The notes beneath the pieces are model-generated. The model searched no databases. It had not been told where the DNA came from and saw nothing but the letters and a program-made list of their open reading frames with translations. The translations under genes and the position numbers were made by a program. A stretch of DNA of 64,000 bases from Phyllosticta citribraziliensis (taxonomy: Eukaryota): the NCBI RefSeq assembly GCF_038025025.1, contig NW_027117342.1:1116001-1180000 (forward strand), read 5' to 3'. Numbering within the stretch: the first letter of the stretch is position 1; the number at the start of each line of letters is the position of its first letter. Below, piece by piece: positions 50,896 through 63,328 of the stretch.

Positions 50896-51855
50896 CTAGC
50901 TCTCCTGAGTGGTCAATTGGTCCTCGTCAATCTTGATGGAGTCAATGTGCCAGGTCAGGCCGTCGTCGGAGGTGGTCATGCCGCTGGAGGTGGCGTTGGT
51001 CAGGGTCAAGGTGGAGTCGTACTTGGCGTCGGCCTCGTTCATGTGGAGGGTGATGTTGGACCAGCCTACAAACTGTCAGAATTGTCTTCACCGCGATCAA
51101 AGCCGAGAATCAAACTTACTGTAAGAAGCGAGGGTGCCACAGCCGTAGTCGTAGCACTCGTTTCCAGAGTAAAACACGGAAGGCTTCATTCCCTGGGCTG
51201 GAGGACTGTCAGCGTTTGGCCTGTCGACGACACTTTGTGGGCTCTCTTACCGTCGGACTGCTCAGACTTGAGCTCGCCGTTGATCCAGACCTTCTGGTCG
51301 ATCTTGTTGGTCTCGGAGTTCACGGAGACTGGATGCAATCAGCAAGTTGGATAGTGGCGGAGCAAGTGTTGAAAAGTACCTTCAAAGTCAAGGGTGGCAT
51401 CGGAGGGAATTGCAACGTAGTTTTGTCCGTTCTGGCCCTCTGCTCAATTGTTAGCAACAGAAGCAGCTTCAGGTCCATGGAGACGACTAACGAGGAGTGT
51501 ACGTGCTCGCCGCAACACACCAGTGGTTGGCGTCGGCACTGCAGCCCTGAGATTCCTGGTTGGGAGCCCAGTTCAGGAGCGGCTGCACAAAGTCCATGTC
51601 CAGGACGTTTGCGTTCGTGGGGTCACCCTGAATGCCAATCCAGAGGGAAAGCCAGGTGGTGTCGGCCTTGGATGTGACGTAGTCGGTAGGCGGGCTGGGC
51701 GGGACCAGAGAGTAGGTGGCTTTGGTGATGTACTGTCCGCCAGTGGTCGGGCCAAGGTAGAACATGTTGCCATACTCGTAACCGTCATAACTGCTGAGTT
51801 CGGCCTTGGCTCCCAGAGCCAGGGCGGCAGCGGAGAGAAGAATTGAATTGAGCAT
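50896..51855 (-). CDS. Secreted protein, probable ConA-like/peptidase G1-like beta-sandwich
   Basis: Signal peptide MLNSILLSAAALALGAKA; LWIGIQ, FVQPLLNW, WCVAAST, YSGNEC; four canonical introns. Confidence 0.75.
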
Positions 51856-53643
51856 CTTGAAATTTTCTGGTGTTGTTCTGAGATCCGGTCTCTGGAATAA
51901 AGGAGTGTGAGTATGATGAAATGCTTGCCAGCCAGAAGTGCGGTTCTGGGGGACCACCTAAATAATACCACCTTTCGGCGGGTAGCTCCGAGCATCGCAG
52001 GTCCGTGTGGGTTTCAAATGACGGAGATGGATTCATGAAACATTGTCGAATCCCCGGAAGGGCGTGTCCCACGGTCAGCCAGCAGTCCACGCTGAAAGCC
52101 ATGTTACGATTCGTGTCAGATCTCTCTTTCTCTTTGTTAATACTGCTCCAACACTGGAAAGCAACCACGACAACTTTCGAGAACTCATGGAAACGTCCTC
52201 ACTCCAGTGACGAGGCTCTCCAGATACCGTACGCCATTGATGTCAAGTCTTGAGTCGGGCAAATGGCCGGATCGCCACTGCAAAATTACGCGTCATAGAA
52301 AAGAGGCAGCAACTCGGGGTAATGTCCATGGTGCCTGAAAAGGAGCTCAAGTGAGTGATGAGAACAACGGGGTCCAAGCTGTAAATCCGAGTGGACGGAG
52401 AAGTCAGCTCTTGGCCAGACTCGCTGGTGGCATCATTGGAGCCAAAGCAAACACGAGAAACAAGCCACCTGTAATGCAGAGTGCTGCTCAATATGATTCG
52501 GCAGCGTGTTGAAGCCGTTGCACGAAATTCACGCGCCACTTATTCGGCGTCCCTCGAAGTGCGTCTCAAAATTAAAGCAGGAGGATCACCCGCAAGGTGA
52601 CGGCCAATAGGAGTTGGTACCTCCCGTTCCTCGAGTCCTTACGCGCCTGAGGGTGGGTCGTGAGGCTCGCTTGGCTGTTTCCCCGTGTCACTCCACTGTC
52701 GGTCCGATTTCCTTTTTGGGTAGGTCTCGGTTGGATGTACTTGAGAAATAGGTCTTATAGGCCTCTGCATATAGGCTTCTGCATGAATGCGTGGCGGCAC
52801 CTTTTCGTTTTGAAGCTTCGACTTGATTAGACACATCTGGTCAGTCAGATGGAGGTTGACTGCTATACGAAGAACGAGTGCCCGCCGCGATTCATTCGAA
52901 ACTTGAGCCTTCTAGGCCATATTGCACCATATCGCATGGGAAATCAAATCAAATCCCCTGCGTCATGGAAGAATCAACTGCAGTGTCGTCCTGTTCTTTC
53001 GAAATGTAAGCTCGGGGCTAATTGTAGCTTAAGTTGAAGCTTAAACTTAAATAATCCGGCCAGCATGATCACCACAGCGAGTACTGCCTTTGTCGGCAAT
53101 TGGTCCCTCTTGTTATCACAGCTTCAGCCTGAAGAAATTGAGCGCAATGCAGTATGAGCGCTGCTGCTGTTCCGTCAGCAAGAAGCTCCGGCAATCAAAT
53201 CGCGCTTCCTGAAAACATCCCAGCGCAAAAAGTGGTACGCACCATCATTTTCACCACAACCCAGCAAACCGCTCCACAACAACGCAAAGAACATGGATTC
53301 AGCAACCAAAGCTGAGAGAAGTGACATCAAAACGGAGCTCTATCCGCGTGTCCGCCTCCTGAAGCGCTTTTCTGCTGACCGAAATCCGTCCGAGTCGTCC
53401 GTGTGCAGGCCACCAACCAACGGCCGCGCCACAGACCGCATCCCGTCTCGTGCACCACGCACAACACCATCGTCAACCGAATTCTGTCTCCCTTTGCGGT
53501 CCTAGAGCGCTCTCAAATGCGAAAAATTGCGGAACGGCAGAGCACGTCGCCAGTTTCGAGTCAGGATCTCGACCTGCAGATTTCTTTTTGCTCATAATGC
53601 AACTTCTCCGCCCTTTCTCTTCATCTACCCCTGAACAGGAGCA

Positions 53644-53715
53644 GCCCCTTTAGCTCAGTGGTAGAGCGCGACACTAGTAATGTCGAGGCCATCGGTTCGA
53701 CTCCGATAGGGGGCA
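53644..53715 (+). tRNA. tRNA-Thr (anticodon AGT)
   Basis: Acceptor stem GCCCCTT/AGGGGGC, D arm GCTC..GAGC, anticodon arm CGACA-CTAGTAA-TGTCG, T arm ATCGG-TTCGACT-CCGAT; T5 at 53760-53764. Confidence 0.97.
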
Positions 53716-54722
53716 GTGAAGTGAGAGAGACGTCTGAACACGGTTCGGCAGGACATCTCTTTTTGCCTGTGAATCTGTTTTGTCGTTTCCCTGCCAGGCG
53801 GAGCTGGCTGACCGGTGTTGCTGCGAGTCGGATCGAGTTCTTGGTCCTTCTGTATGCTGGGTGGTATGTGAGGCTGGCTTCAGACGGTCTACTTTTGGGC
53901 TGCAGTGAATAGAATGTTCTGTTTCGTGTGGCGCCAGGACAGGTGCCGAAAAAAATGGTACTCCCTGAGTCTAGCTGTAGTGATGGATAATAGCTCGCTG
54001 GGCACAGCTGTAGCTGCAAAAGACAGCTACATTGATGAATCATCCACATTTATGGATGAATGCTCCGTAGACGCGGCCGGAGTGCCATGAGGTACAGTGT
54101 CGTTTCTTTTGCCCAAGTTAATAGTTCCTTGTGAAAACGCCGGAAGCATGATGGGTTTAACGTACTGTGATCACAAACGAAGTCGTTTTCACGTTCAAGA
54201 GTACCAGGGAAGGCTGGCCGATGAGGCTTTCAAATGCAAGCAAAGACATGTTTGGTATTTCTTTTCCCCATCTCCATCTGGGAGAGTAAACCGCAAAGAT
54301 AACCAGGGAACTCCATCGACTCCAACTGACACGCAAGTAATACCCTGTAATAGCCCTGGGCTACGCAGCGGTGAGGTTGTTCTTCCGATGTCTGGCTGGA
54401 AAACGCTTTTACTCCAGAAACAGGGAGGCGTTGCCGCACATCAGCATGAATGCTCCCAAGACCGACAGCGTAGACTGGATTTCCCCTGTTTTCTTCTGGG
54501 CAGCTTCGGAGACGCTCGAGCTGGTCCACATTCTCGAGGCTTGTCACCGATATCTTCGTAGAGTATACTGCGAGGCGGAGACTTCGTAGTGTCGCATGAG
54601 GGGTTCGAATGGCTCAACGGACTTGCGCATGTCGTGAATTTAAAATTGAGAAACAAACAAAGGATGTCAAAATCCGTGTCTTCGTTATTTGTACTACGCC
54701 CAACGTCACGCTTCTGATGGAA

Positions 54723-55499
54723 TCATACGACGCGTTTGACCTGTTTGGCAACGTGAGTCGCTCTCTCATTTGTGATGCGATGCTGAAGTTAGCGTACCTC
54801 GAAGAATCTCTTCAACCACCAGACCTGGAAAATGCCCTCCCCAACCAGCACGAGGAGCTGGAAAATGCTCCACCACTTGACTCGGGCATTGGTGCTCTCG
54901 GCCGTGTTTCTGTGAACCGTTTCTCTGACCACGATGTAGCCTTGTTCGTCCTTGACCTGTGCGACGAGCTCGGAGAGTTGGCGAACTGCTTTGATTAGCG
55001 CAGATCCTTCATTTTTCCCCGTGTCCAGTATGCTTACCCTCTTTCTCGAGCGGATCCTGAGGAGCCTCAGACTCTGGAACGTAGACAATCCCGTGCACGT
55101 TGAAGGAGACCTCCTTTGTGTTTGCCGACCAGTGCTCGTTGCTGAAGCAATAGGTGTACGTGCCATCCATCTTGGCCACGAAAGAGTGGTCGCCGGAGGA
55201 AACACTGCGCTCGTGGACTTGCATGCCGTTGCTCGGGTTTTGAATCTAAGGCGTGTCAGCGCATTGATCAGTGTGGAGCAGGTGAACCCTTCTCAATGTA
55301 CCCAAAAGTCAATGTCGAGATTTCCGCTGCCGCCGAATTCGCGATCTCCGACTTGGAATGTGACCGTCATCGTGTCGTCGACATGGAGCTGTTCGTGGAA
55401 ACACTCGCGCGTATGTGCCTTGAGCTGGATGTTGTGGGCAGACGTCGCGCTGAACATGCAGCTCAGAGCCGCGACGGCGGCGGCGGCGGAGAAGCGCAT
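54723..55499 (-). CDS. emp24: p24/GOLD family ER-Golgi cargo receptor Emp24
   Basis: Signal peptide, RECFHEQL, YTYCFSNE, HRNTAESTNARVKWWS, C-terminal LKRFFEVKRVV; three introns. Confidence 0.92.
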
Positions 55500-56610
55500 T
55501 TCGCGGAAGCCAATTGGCAAGGAGGTGAACGCAAAGGTTGGGCAAGTGGTGGATCTGGACAGCTAGCAGGTCGGGGTGTTGATCGTTGATCCCTACAGCT
55601 CGACGCGGCAGTTTCGGAGACAAGTGTCTCCGCCGCCGATCCCTGTCGCAGATCAAAAACCTCACTTCACGCCATCGGTAAGACTCTTTCGCTACACCAC
55701 GTTGCCATCGTTTCGACCTCAGCCTTGTCGTTCGCTGGGAGACGGGTCGAAATCCACCATGGACAAATTATGAGTTAAGTTGGGGCAAACTGCCCGCTGA
55801 GCAGCTTCCCAGATTTCATCGCAACTTTCAATACGTCGGTCGTCGTCAGACGATGTGATCTTTCCTCGGTTTTAAATCCTCCAGTCTTTCGTCTTCGCAG
55901 CCACGAGTCATCCTCAGTTTTTCATTCAAGTCTTCTGATCTTTCCACTTTCAAGCCCAAGGCTGTATCGTGGCGGCTCGAGGCTATATTTTTCATTCTCA
56001 AGGTCCACTCTTCTCCTTTGGCCCAAGCGGATATCAAAGTCAGTCTCAACTCCAAGGATTCTGGGTTGTGGCCACAGACTCGTTGGAGCTGGCTATTGGA
56101 GCAACCTCAATAACGCTCAAAATCCGAGGAGCCGCCATATCCCACGGCGGATGAACTCAAGGAGCTGTCATTGCTTTTGAGGGCGACTGTGCTGTGGGCA
56201 CGAAACCACCATGTCGCTATTCGACCTTTGAAATTGCACGACATTGGTACCAGGTGGCAAGACGGCGTGGTGCCCATGACTTCGCAAAGTTGGGGCTGCA
56301 AAGTTTTGGACTGCATGGCAAGTTGTCGTGGACGCCGTGGAGTGAAAACACGCCAAGCAGTTCTGGCGCTGATGGGATTACAGTAATAAACACCAGGAAT
56401 GGTTACGAATCTACCGCCAGGCCGTGTCGAGGGTGGGCGCAGGCGGTGCGTGGTGGGCGCAGGCGGTGCCTGGTGAGCGCCGCTCCGATTTTTGGCAATG
56501 AGGGCAACCGCCGGACCTCCCTTTATAGGCCTTAATTGCGAACAAGTATCCATCCTGACGATGGGCGAACAACTCTCCTGCATTGAGGTAATACGCATGA
56601 GGACTGGGGC

Positions 56611-56800
56611 TTCCAATATGGCGTAATGGCTTAGCATGTAGCTTGAGGCTGGATTTAGGACCGAATCACGCACCCAGTGGCGAGGCTTAGGGAACCTTCC
56701 TAGGAGGTAACTGAAGGTCCTCGGGTCGAATCCAGCTACGTCCTAGGGCTACTCCTTGACGGGGGAGAGATGTAGGTCACTGGCCCGGCCGAACTCTTTT
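56611..56800 (+). ncRNA. Putative RNA polymerase III-transcribed structured ncRNA (not a canonical tRNA)
   Basis: A-box-like TGGCGTAATGG 56619-56629, B-box-like GGGTCGAATCC 56723-56733, T-tracts from 56797, extensive internal complementarity. Confidence 0.6.
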
Positions 56801-57374
56801 GTCTTTTTGTCTCTTTTCCTTCGCCTGGTTCGCTTAGCCACCATCGTCAAGCGACGATGGTGTAGTGTTTGCTTTTGCTGCCTCCAATGCTCGACAGCGC
56901 ATGCGGGAGCGGCGACTTAGTCACGTCCACGCCATTTCGGTGTGTACACTGCCCAGATACTTTTGTACCACTTGACGTCGCCGCCCCCCTTTGCCTTGGA
57001 AAGCTTTCTATCCCATAGCAGACCGCAACAATCTCATACGTGCAGACAAGACAGCCAAGCACACCAGATTAGTCAATCGCTTTCAGTTTGTTTTGCTGCG
57101 CTGATTCCGGCCGCCTGCACACCTCATTTTATAACGTGCGAGTTTCACGTCGCCAATGGCACCCGACGACATTAGCCCGCAAGAGAAAAAGGCACTCATG
57201 AGAGGCCACCTGGTCTACTGGCTCGCCGGAGGCCCTACCTATGATAGAAGGGCAAGTAATCCTCCCCAGTTGTGTGTTTTGCGCCTGCGGCATGTCGGCC
57301 AGATGGGCACGTGATGGTGACCGCCGCCATATCAACAAACCCGACCGAGACCCTGGGCCAAACCAAACAACAAC

Positions 57375-58213
57375 ATGGACAGAGTCAAGACCTTTGTCGG
57401 CCAAAACTTCAAGACAGATCCTGAAAAATTCGGCTACTGGGAGGCATTCGGATCACTCTTGCTGACTCCATTCGAAGTGCAGCAGCGCAAGTACGCCTAT
57501 CCGAAGCCAAAGCCCGTCGACAATACTGAACCTGAAGCGACCGCCGCCAACGAGACTCCCGCTGCCACCGAGACTCCGACCGTCGAAGCGAACATGGCCA
57601 AGAAAGCCAACAACTCCAAGCCCGCCGGAGGCAAACCGGACTTCAGCTTCACCGCTGAGGAGGACGCGACGCTCAAGGAAATGAAGGACAGAGGAGACGA
57701 AATCAAGAATATTGCGAAGGCTCTCAAGAAGCCCAAGGAAGTCATCCAGAAGCGCTACGACGAGATTGCCACCCCCGCGCAGAAGGCTGCCGCCGCCAAC
57801 AACGCTGGTGAGAAGAAGGGCGAGCAAGCTAAGAAATCCCATCAAGCCACCAAGGCCAATGCGTCCAAGGGCAAAGACAACAAGGCGTCCGAAGCCAAGA
57901 AGGGTCGTGAGCCAGTCTCCTCGGCTCCCCAGATCAGCATGCCGCAGTACATCAACGGTCTACAGAATATCACTGTGTTCCCGGACGAGATGTTCAGCGC
58001 CAGCGACGTAAGTTTCAAGTTCGCTCAGCCGAATGAGCCCAATGATGGGCATGGCTAACAGGTCTTCAGCTTGTCTGGTTCTGCAACGCATTCATGTACG
58101 ACAACGAAGAGCGTTGGATTCGCCTGGCCAGCCGCTTCTACGACATCACCGGTCGTCGCATCCACCCGCATACCATCAAGCAGAAGCTGATGCAATCCGG
58201 CTTGTCGACTTGA
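57375..58213 (+). CDS. Lys-rich protein with Myb/SANT-like segments
   Basis: FTAEEDATLKEMK..IAKALKK..IQKRYDEI; second exon WIRLASRFYDITGRRI; intron 58008-58069. Confidence 0.72.
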
Positions 58214-59498
58214 GTGACAACATTCGCACGGCTCGAAGCGCAGATGAAATTCGCCCCACTCATCTAACATTTCTAAGTCGACATGGTACAGCAGTCTCGA
58301 AAGCGACACCCAGGCATTGGAGAGCGATGGAATTTTGAGTGTGACAGGGCTGCACTCTGGAGCATTTCTCTCGGCCAAATTGGACTCTTGCGCCAAACTT
58401 GGTTCTGCTCTGCTCTTGAGCGTTCCTGGTTCCTTGCCTCTTGCTCGCACTTACAAGCACGAGTGCAGATGGTCCATAGACTTTACTTGACGGGAGTACG
58501 GCGTCTTCAAAATCAGGTTCAGGCCTGAAGATCGAAGCGCCAACACTTCAGCTCCTTGAAAAAATGGCTTCCCCTACTTTATCTCTGTTTGCGCACCGAT
58601 TTCTTTGCATCTGTACTTGTTCCACCCATCAAAGGACGGAAAGTGTCGCCTTCAAGACAAGAAACACTGACTGCAATGGCCACGAAAGCAGCTAACTCCA
58701 TCAGAAGCATTTCGTGCCGTCGAATTTGAGTAGGACGACTTTTCCAAAAGTAGCTAACCCTCGCCAGGGTCCACGAGGGCAAAAACCGGCACGACTGCTC
58801 CGTGCAAGCCACACCTTGGCATACTGGAGCTCATGCAAGCAATATCCAGCATTGAGGCTCAGCTGCGCGTTTGATTTCGGGTTGGCGCTGTGGCATGGAT
58901 ATGTGGGGGAGAGGGGAGAAGCAAGGACCTCCCTCTCGGCTCCACCCCACCACAAACCCGCAACACGATGTGGTCCCGAAGACCAAATCGGCACACCGAC
59001 GCTACCTGCCCGATTGGACGACAAATCCAGCAATGATTACATCGCCTTTCATGGCCTCGTCATGACAACCTCTCGCGCTTTGACAACCTCGTCTCGTGAT
59101 CAGACGGGCTGTTGGATGCGGCTTCGGAGTTGCCGTCCACCGGGAGAGCTGGAGCGCGGAGCGTGCGTGCGGCGCATCGCAAGGAGCAGACCTCCCGTGA
59201 TACCAATCTCGCCATGTGGAGAGCGGACGGCTTGGGCGGGCCTCGCTGTGTAACACGGTTCCAAGTGGCCGCCATGTGGGCGATTTCAACAAATGTCTTT
59301 TCCAAACTTGCAGCTAACTCAGCGCTTCTCCATTGCCCGAGCTCTTGTCCTGCCGAGCATCTCTTTATACCTCGTTCAGACCATCTGCCATTGTTTCGCT
59401 TGTAACCACCAGTCTAGCTGCATCGATTGACGTTTCCGCTGCCGCTCCTAGCATTGATTGACGCTGGACGGATCTTAGCTTGTTGGACCTGAAGCAGC

Positions 59499-61899
59499 AT
59501 GTCTTACCACGGCAAGTTTGGTGATCTGAATGGCTTTACCAACGGCGATTCAATCAACGGCTCGAACCACGTGAATGGAACAGCAGACGATGGTTTGAAG
59601 ATTCTCATTGCCGGAGCTGGCATTGGAGGCTTGACTGCAGCCATATATCTAAGGCAAGCCGGCCACAAGGTGACAGTAAGTATCACACGTGTAGGGAAAT
59701 GAGATAGGATGTTCTAACGTTCAATAGGTTTTTGAGCAATCATCTTTTGCCAATGAGTTGGGCGCTGCAGTGCATATAGCCCCCAACACCAACGGCGTGC
59801 TCAGACGCATTGGAATCAAGGCAGACGAGTTTGGCGCAGTGGAGACCCAGTTTGTCAGTACCCTGGAGCATGACATGCTGCCTACAAGCACATGATGAGA
59901 TTGCTAACCATGCTCAGGTTGCCGACTATGACACCTCGGGGAAACTCATCCGATCATTCCCCACTGCAGGCGTTTCGCAGCTCTTCCAGCACAAGTGGCT
60001 CCTCTGTCACCGTGTTCATCTCCACGAGCACCTAATGCAGAAAGCGACAGCCCCTACTGATTTGGATAACCCCGGGGTCCCAGTAGAGGTGCAGACATCT
60101 TTGCGCGTCGCTGACATCGACCCTCACGCGGCGACGGTGGCGCTTGAATCTGGAGTGACTTTCCATGGAGACGTCGTCATCGGTGCAGACGGTGTTCACT
60201 CTCGCGCCAGGAGCAAAGTACCAGGCGGCGATTTCAAAGCTTTTGGCAGCGGCAAGAGCGCGTACAGATTCCTCGTGAGCAGGAAGGCTGCGCTCGAGGA
60301 CCCCAGGACCAAGAAGTATGTCGAACAGCCTGGACAGCTGTCAATCTGCTACGACAAGGACCGGCGTGTGGTCATCTACCCGTGTGCAAACAACGAGCAG
60401 CTTAACTTTGTCTGCATCCATCCAACAGAAGAGTCTGGCGCGAAGAAAGAAGGTAAGAGAGGCGTGAAGGTTCTCACGAGTACCAAAGGCTGACGGTGGA
60501 CAGCCGGGGCCGAATACAATCAGGTCGGCCACAAGAGCAAACTGCTCGAGATTTACAAGTCGTTTGATCCGGACATGATTGCCCTTCTGGACAAGGCCCA
60601 TGAAGAAACTTTGAAGGTCTGGGAGCTTCTGGATTTGCTGCCACTCGAGACGTGGATCAACGAAAGACTTGCATTGCTCGGAGATGCTGCGCATCCATTC
60701 CTGCCGCGTGAGTAGAATGTGCAACTCCAGAGACTACTTTCTGACAACTACCAGATCAAGGTCAGGGCGCGGGACAAGCAATCGAAGATGCCGCCGCGCT
60801 GGGAGTAGTCCTACCCAAGGGAACGAAGCCTGAAGAAGTTCCTCAGCGCCTGCAGCTCTACGTCGACTTCCGCTACGAGCGTGCGACCAACATCCAGTCC
60901 TTCTCTCGCGAGATGGGCAAAGACCAGACAGCCGAGGATATTGACATGCAAGCGCACATGGAGTATAACTTCGGTCACGACGAATGGGACAGCGCGACGG
61001 ACAAGTTCCGACGCTGGCAATGGGCGCAGAATCCCAACCTCTATTGGCGCATGCCCATCGCCTTTGGGCCCATGCCGGGGCCGCGCCAGGACTTTTACGG
61101 GCGGCCGCGCAAAGCGACGCACTCGACAGCTACCACGGCGGCGATCAAGATCAAGACATCGCGCACCGTCCTCCAGAACCTGTTTCCGTCAACGCAGTTC
61201 CGCTTCCGCAGCCCGGGCACGGTAGCGTACTGCAGCTTTTCGCAGACGACGCTCGACAAGATGGACTGGCTGGGCGGCGGAGGGTATCGGCACTTTGGTC
61301 TCTACGTACACGGCGTGCAGTATGTCAAGAAGGACGGATCTGTCATCGACGGCACGTATATGCCGCTGCTCTTTGAGAGTCTGGCCGACCCCATAGTCAG
61401 TGGCCGCGAGGAGCTCGGCATGCCCAAGCTGTACTGCGCCATTGACATTCATCGTCGTTACAACAGCTACCGTTTGCAGACCAGCTGGCAGGGCGCGACG
61501 TTTGGCGAGCTGGCGCTCGAAGACCTGCACGAGGTCGACGTCGGCGCGGAGAAGGGCACCATTGGCGGTGAGGCCGACGACGGGATCATCGTCTACAGAT
61601 ACATCCCGCAGGTGCACAATCGCGGCCAGGCTGCCGAGGAACACGCCGTTTTTGTGCCGCATGCTGAAGAGGGCAAGGTTGTCCCCACGACCGTCAAGAG
61701 GATCTGGAAGGCGGACAGGGCAAGCGTCAAGTTTGATCCCAAGGACTGGGATGCGCTGCCTACGCTTCACCATGTCATTGACAGACTGGCGGAGATTCCA
61801 GTGTACGAGGTTATTGGAGCCAAGGTGGTGGAGTCTGAGGGCGTCCCTGATGTGTCAAGTGCGAAGCGGGTTGACGAAGGCGTGGTGCTCAAGGGATAG
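59499..61899 (+). CDS. FAD-dependent monooxygenase (salicylate hydroxylase-like) fused to an acetoacetate decarboxylase-like domain
   Basis: GAGIGGL, IGADGVHS, LGDAAHPFLPHQGQGAGQAIEDA, then in the same exon WRMPIAFGPMPGPRQ..SGREELGMPK; introns 59676-59727, 59854-59917, 60453-60503, 60708-60754. Confidence 0.88.
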
Positions 61900-62270
61900 T
61901 TTGCTACAATGCGCTCGCTTTGCTCTGATGCCAATGGACTCTTTGATATGATAGCCAATCGAAGCGATCGTAAATGATCTGCCAAGCGCATGGTTGAATT
62001 AACATTTTTGGTGCACCAAGACCTCAACCTCTCCGCAAAAAGGGCATTTTTTCACGATCCCGCAGTGGCGGCAGGCATGCAAGAAAACAATGCCGGTGGA
62101 TGGTGGCCCTCCACATCGGCTCCTCGGATTACCCATGATGCAGCCAAAAACATCCCGCTGCGGAATCTCGGTTTCAGCGGGAAGTCCCTCGGGACTTGTC
62201 ATTAGTTAAAAGTCATCGTTGCTGTCTCTTCGTTCAGTAAGCAACCAGCAACTCTACTACGATCAGCATT

Positions 62271-62816
62271 ATGTCGGCAGGCAAAGATATCCGTCACCCG
62301 AAGCGCTATATTACCGGCCACGATGCCTCAGGCAAAGAAATCTTCGAGAACGAGCTCGACGAGACCCTTCCCTTCACTCCACTTCCAGGCGATGCGGACT
62401 TTGGCCTTTGCTACACGACCAAGGGCTTCCCCGTCGAATTGAACGGCAACGCAGACATTCAAGTCTACAAGAGCTTTCTGCAGAATCCGCCCGGAATCAC
62501 CGTCTCGAATGGTTCGGTCATCCGCATGGTGGACATGCCTCCAGGAGCAACGTCGCCCATGCACCGAACCGTCAGCCTGGACTACGGCGTGGTCCTCGAG
62601 GGCGACATCGAGCTCATTCTCGATTCGGGCGAGAAGCGCCTGATGAAGCGCGGCGACATAAGCATCCAGCGCGGAACAAATCATGCGTGGAAGAACATGA
62701 GCGACGAGCACTGGGCACGCATGCTGTACATTTTGCTGCCCGTGCATCCGATTGAGATTGGCGGTCAGAAGTTTGGAGAAGCATCCGACATTCCAGGCGT
62801 CAGACCATCGGACTAG
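62271..62816 (+). CDS. Cupin_2 domain protein
   Basis: RYITGHD, SPMHRTVSLDYGVVLEG, QRGTNHAW; intronless. Confidence 0.9.
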   Translation: MSAGKDIRHPKRYITGHDASGKEIFENELDETLPFTPLPGDADFGLCYTTKGFPVELNGNADIQVYKSFLQNPPGITVSNGSVIRMVDMPPGATSPMHRTVSLDYGVVLEGDIELILDSGEKRLMKRGDISIQRGTNHAWKNMSDEHWARMLYILLPVHPIEIGGQKFGEASDIPGVRPSD

Positions 62817-63328
62817 GGAGGACGACGAGGCCCGAGTAAGGTGGTGGAGTGGATACCATGATGTACAGAGGCATGGAGGATGTGGGTCTATGGGAGAAGC
62901 GCAGGCCGTCGGTATCCGGGTGAAGGACAGTGTCGACGTTGTGTTGGTGGGCGACGAGGCTGACAATTGGCAAACTTTCGATTAGTTGACAGCAGGAGAA
63001 TAACAGAAGAGAGTACCTAATAATGCATCATGGGTTCTGGACAAGCAGACATGTGGCGGGGACGGTTAGAAGGACGGACCAGGATGATGGTGGGAGAGGC
63101 GTGGAGGGGAAAGAGGGGCGGCACTGCAGTGCAGGCACAGGGTCCGTCACAGCTGCTCGACCTGACCTGACGCTTAAAACCAGACACCCCCTGCCACCTC
63201 TCTTTTTGCGGGGAACAACTTCGACGTCCTCTCGACATCTCTCAGGTACACGCGCTCCTTCGTTGCTCGGTAGCTATCCGTCGATTGCCGCCGGATGCCT
63301 ATCACCTCCCCCGCCGTACCGCTCTCCC

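Noticed and set aside
56611..56740. Intron-containing tRNA call
   Set aside because: No proper T stem, anticodon loop or 3' acceptor strand complementary to TCCAATA
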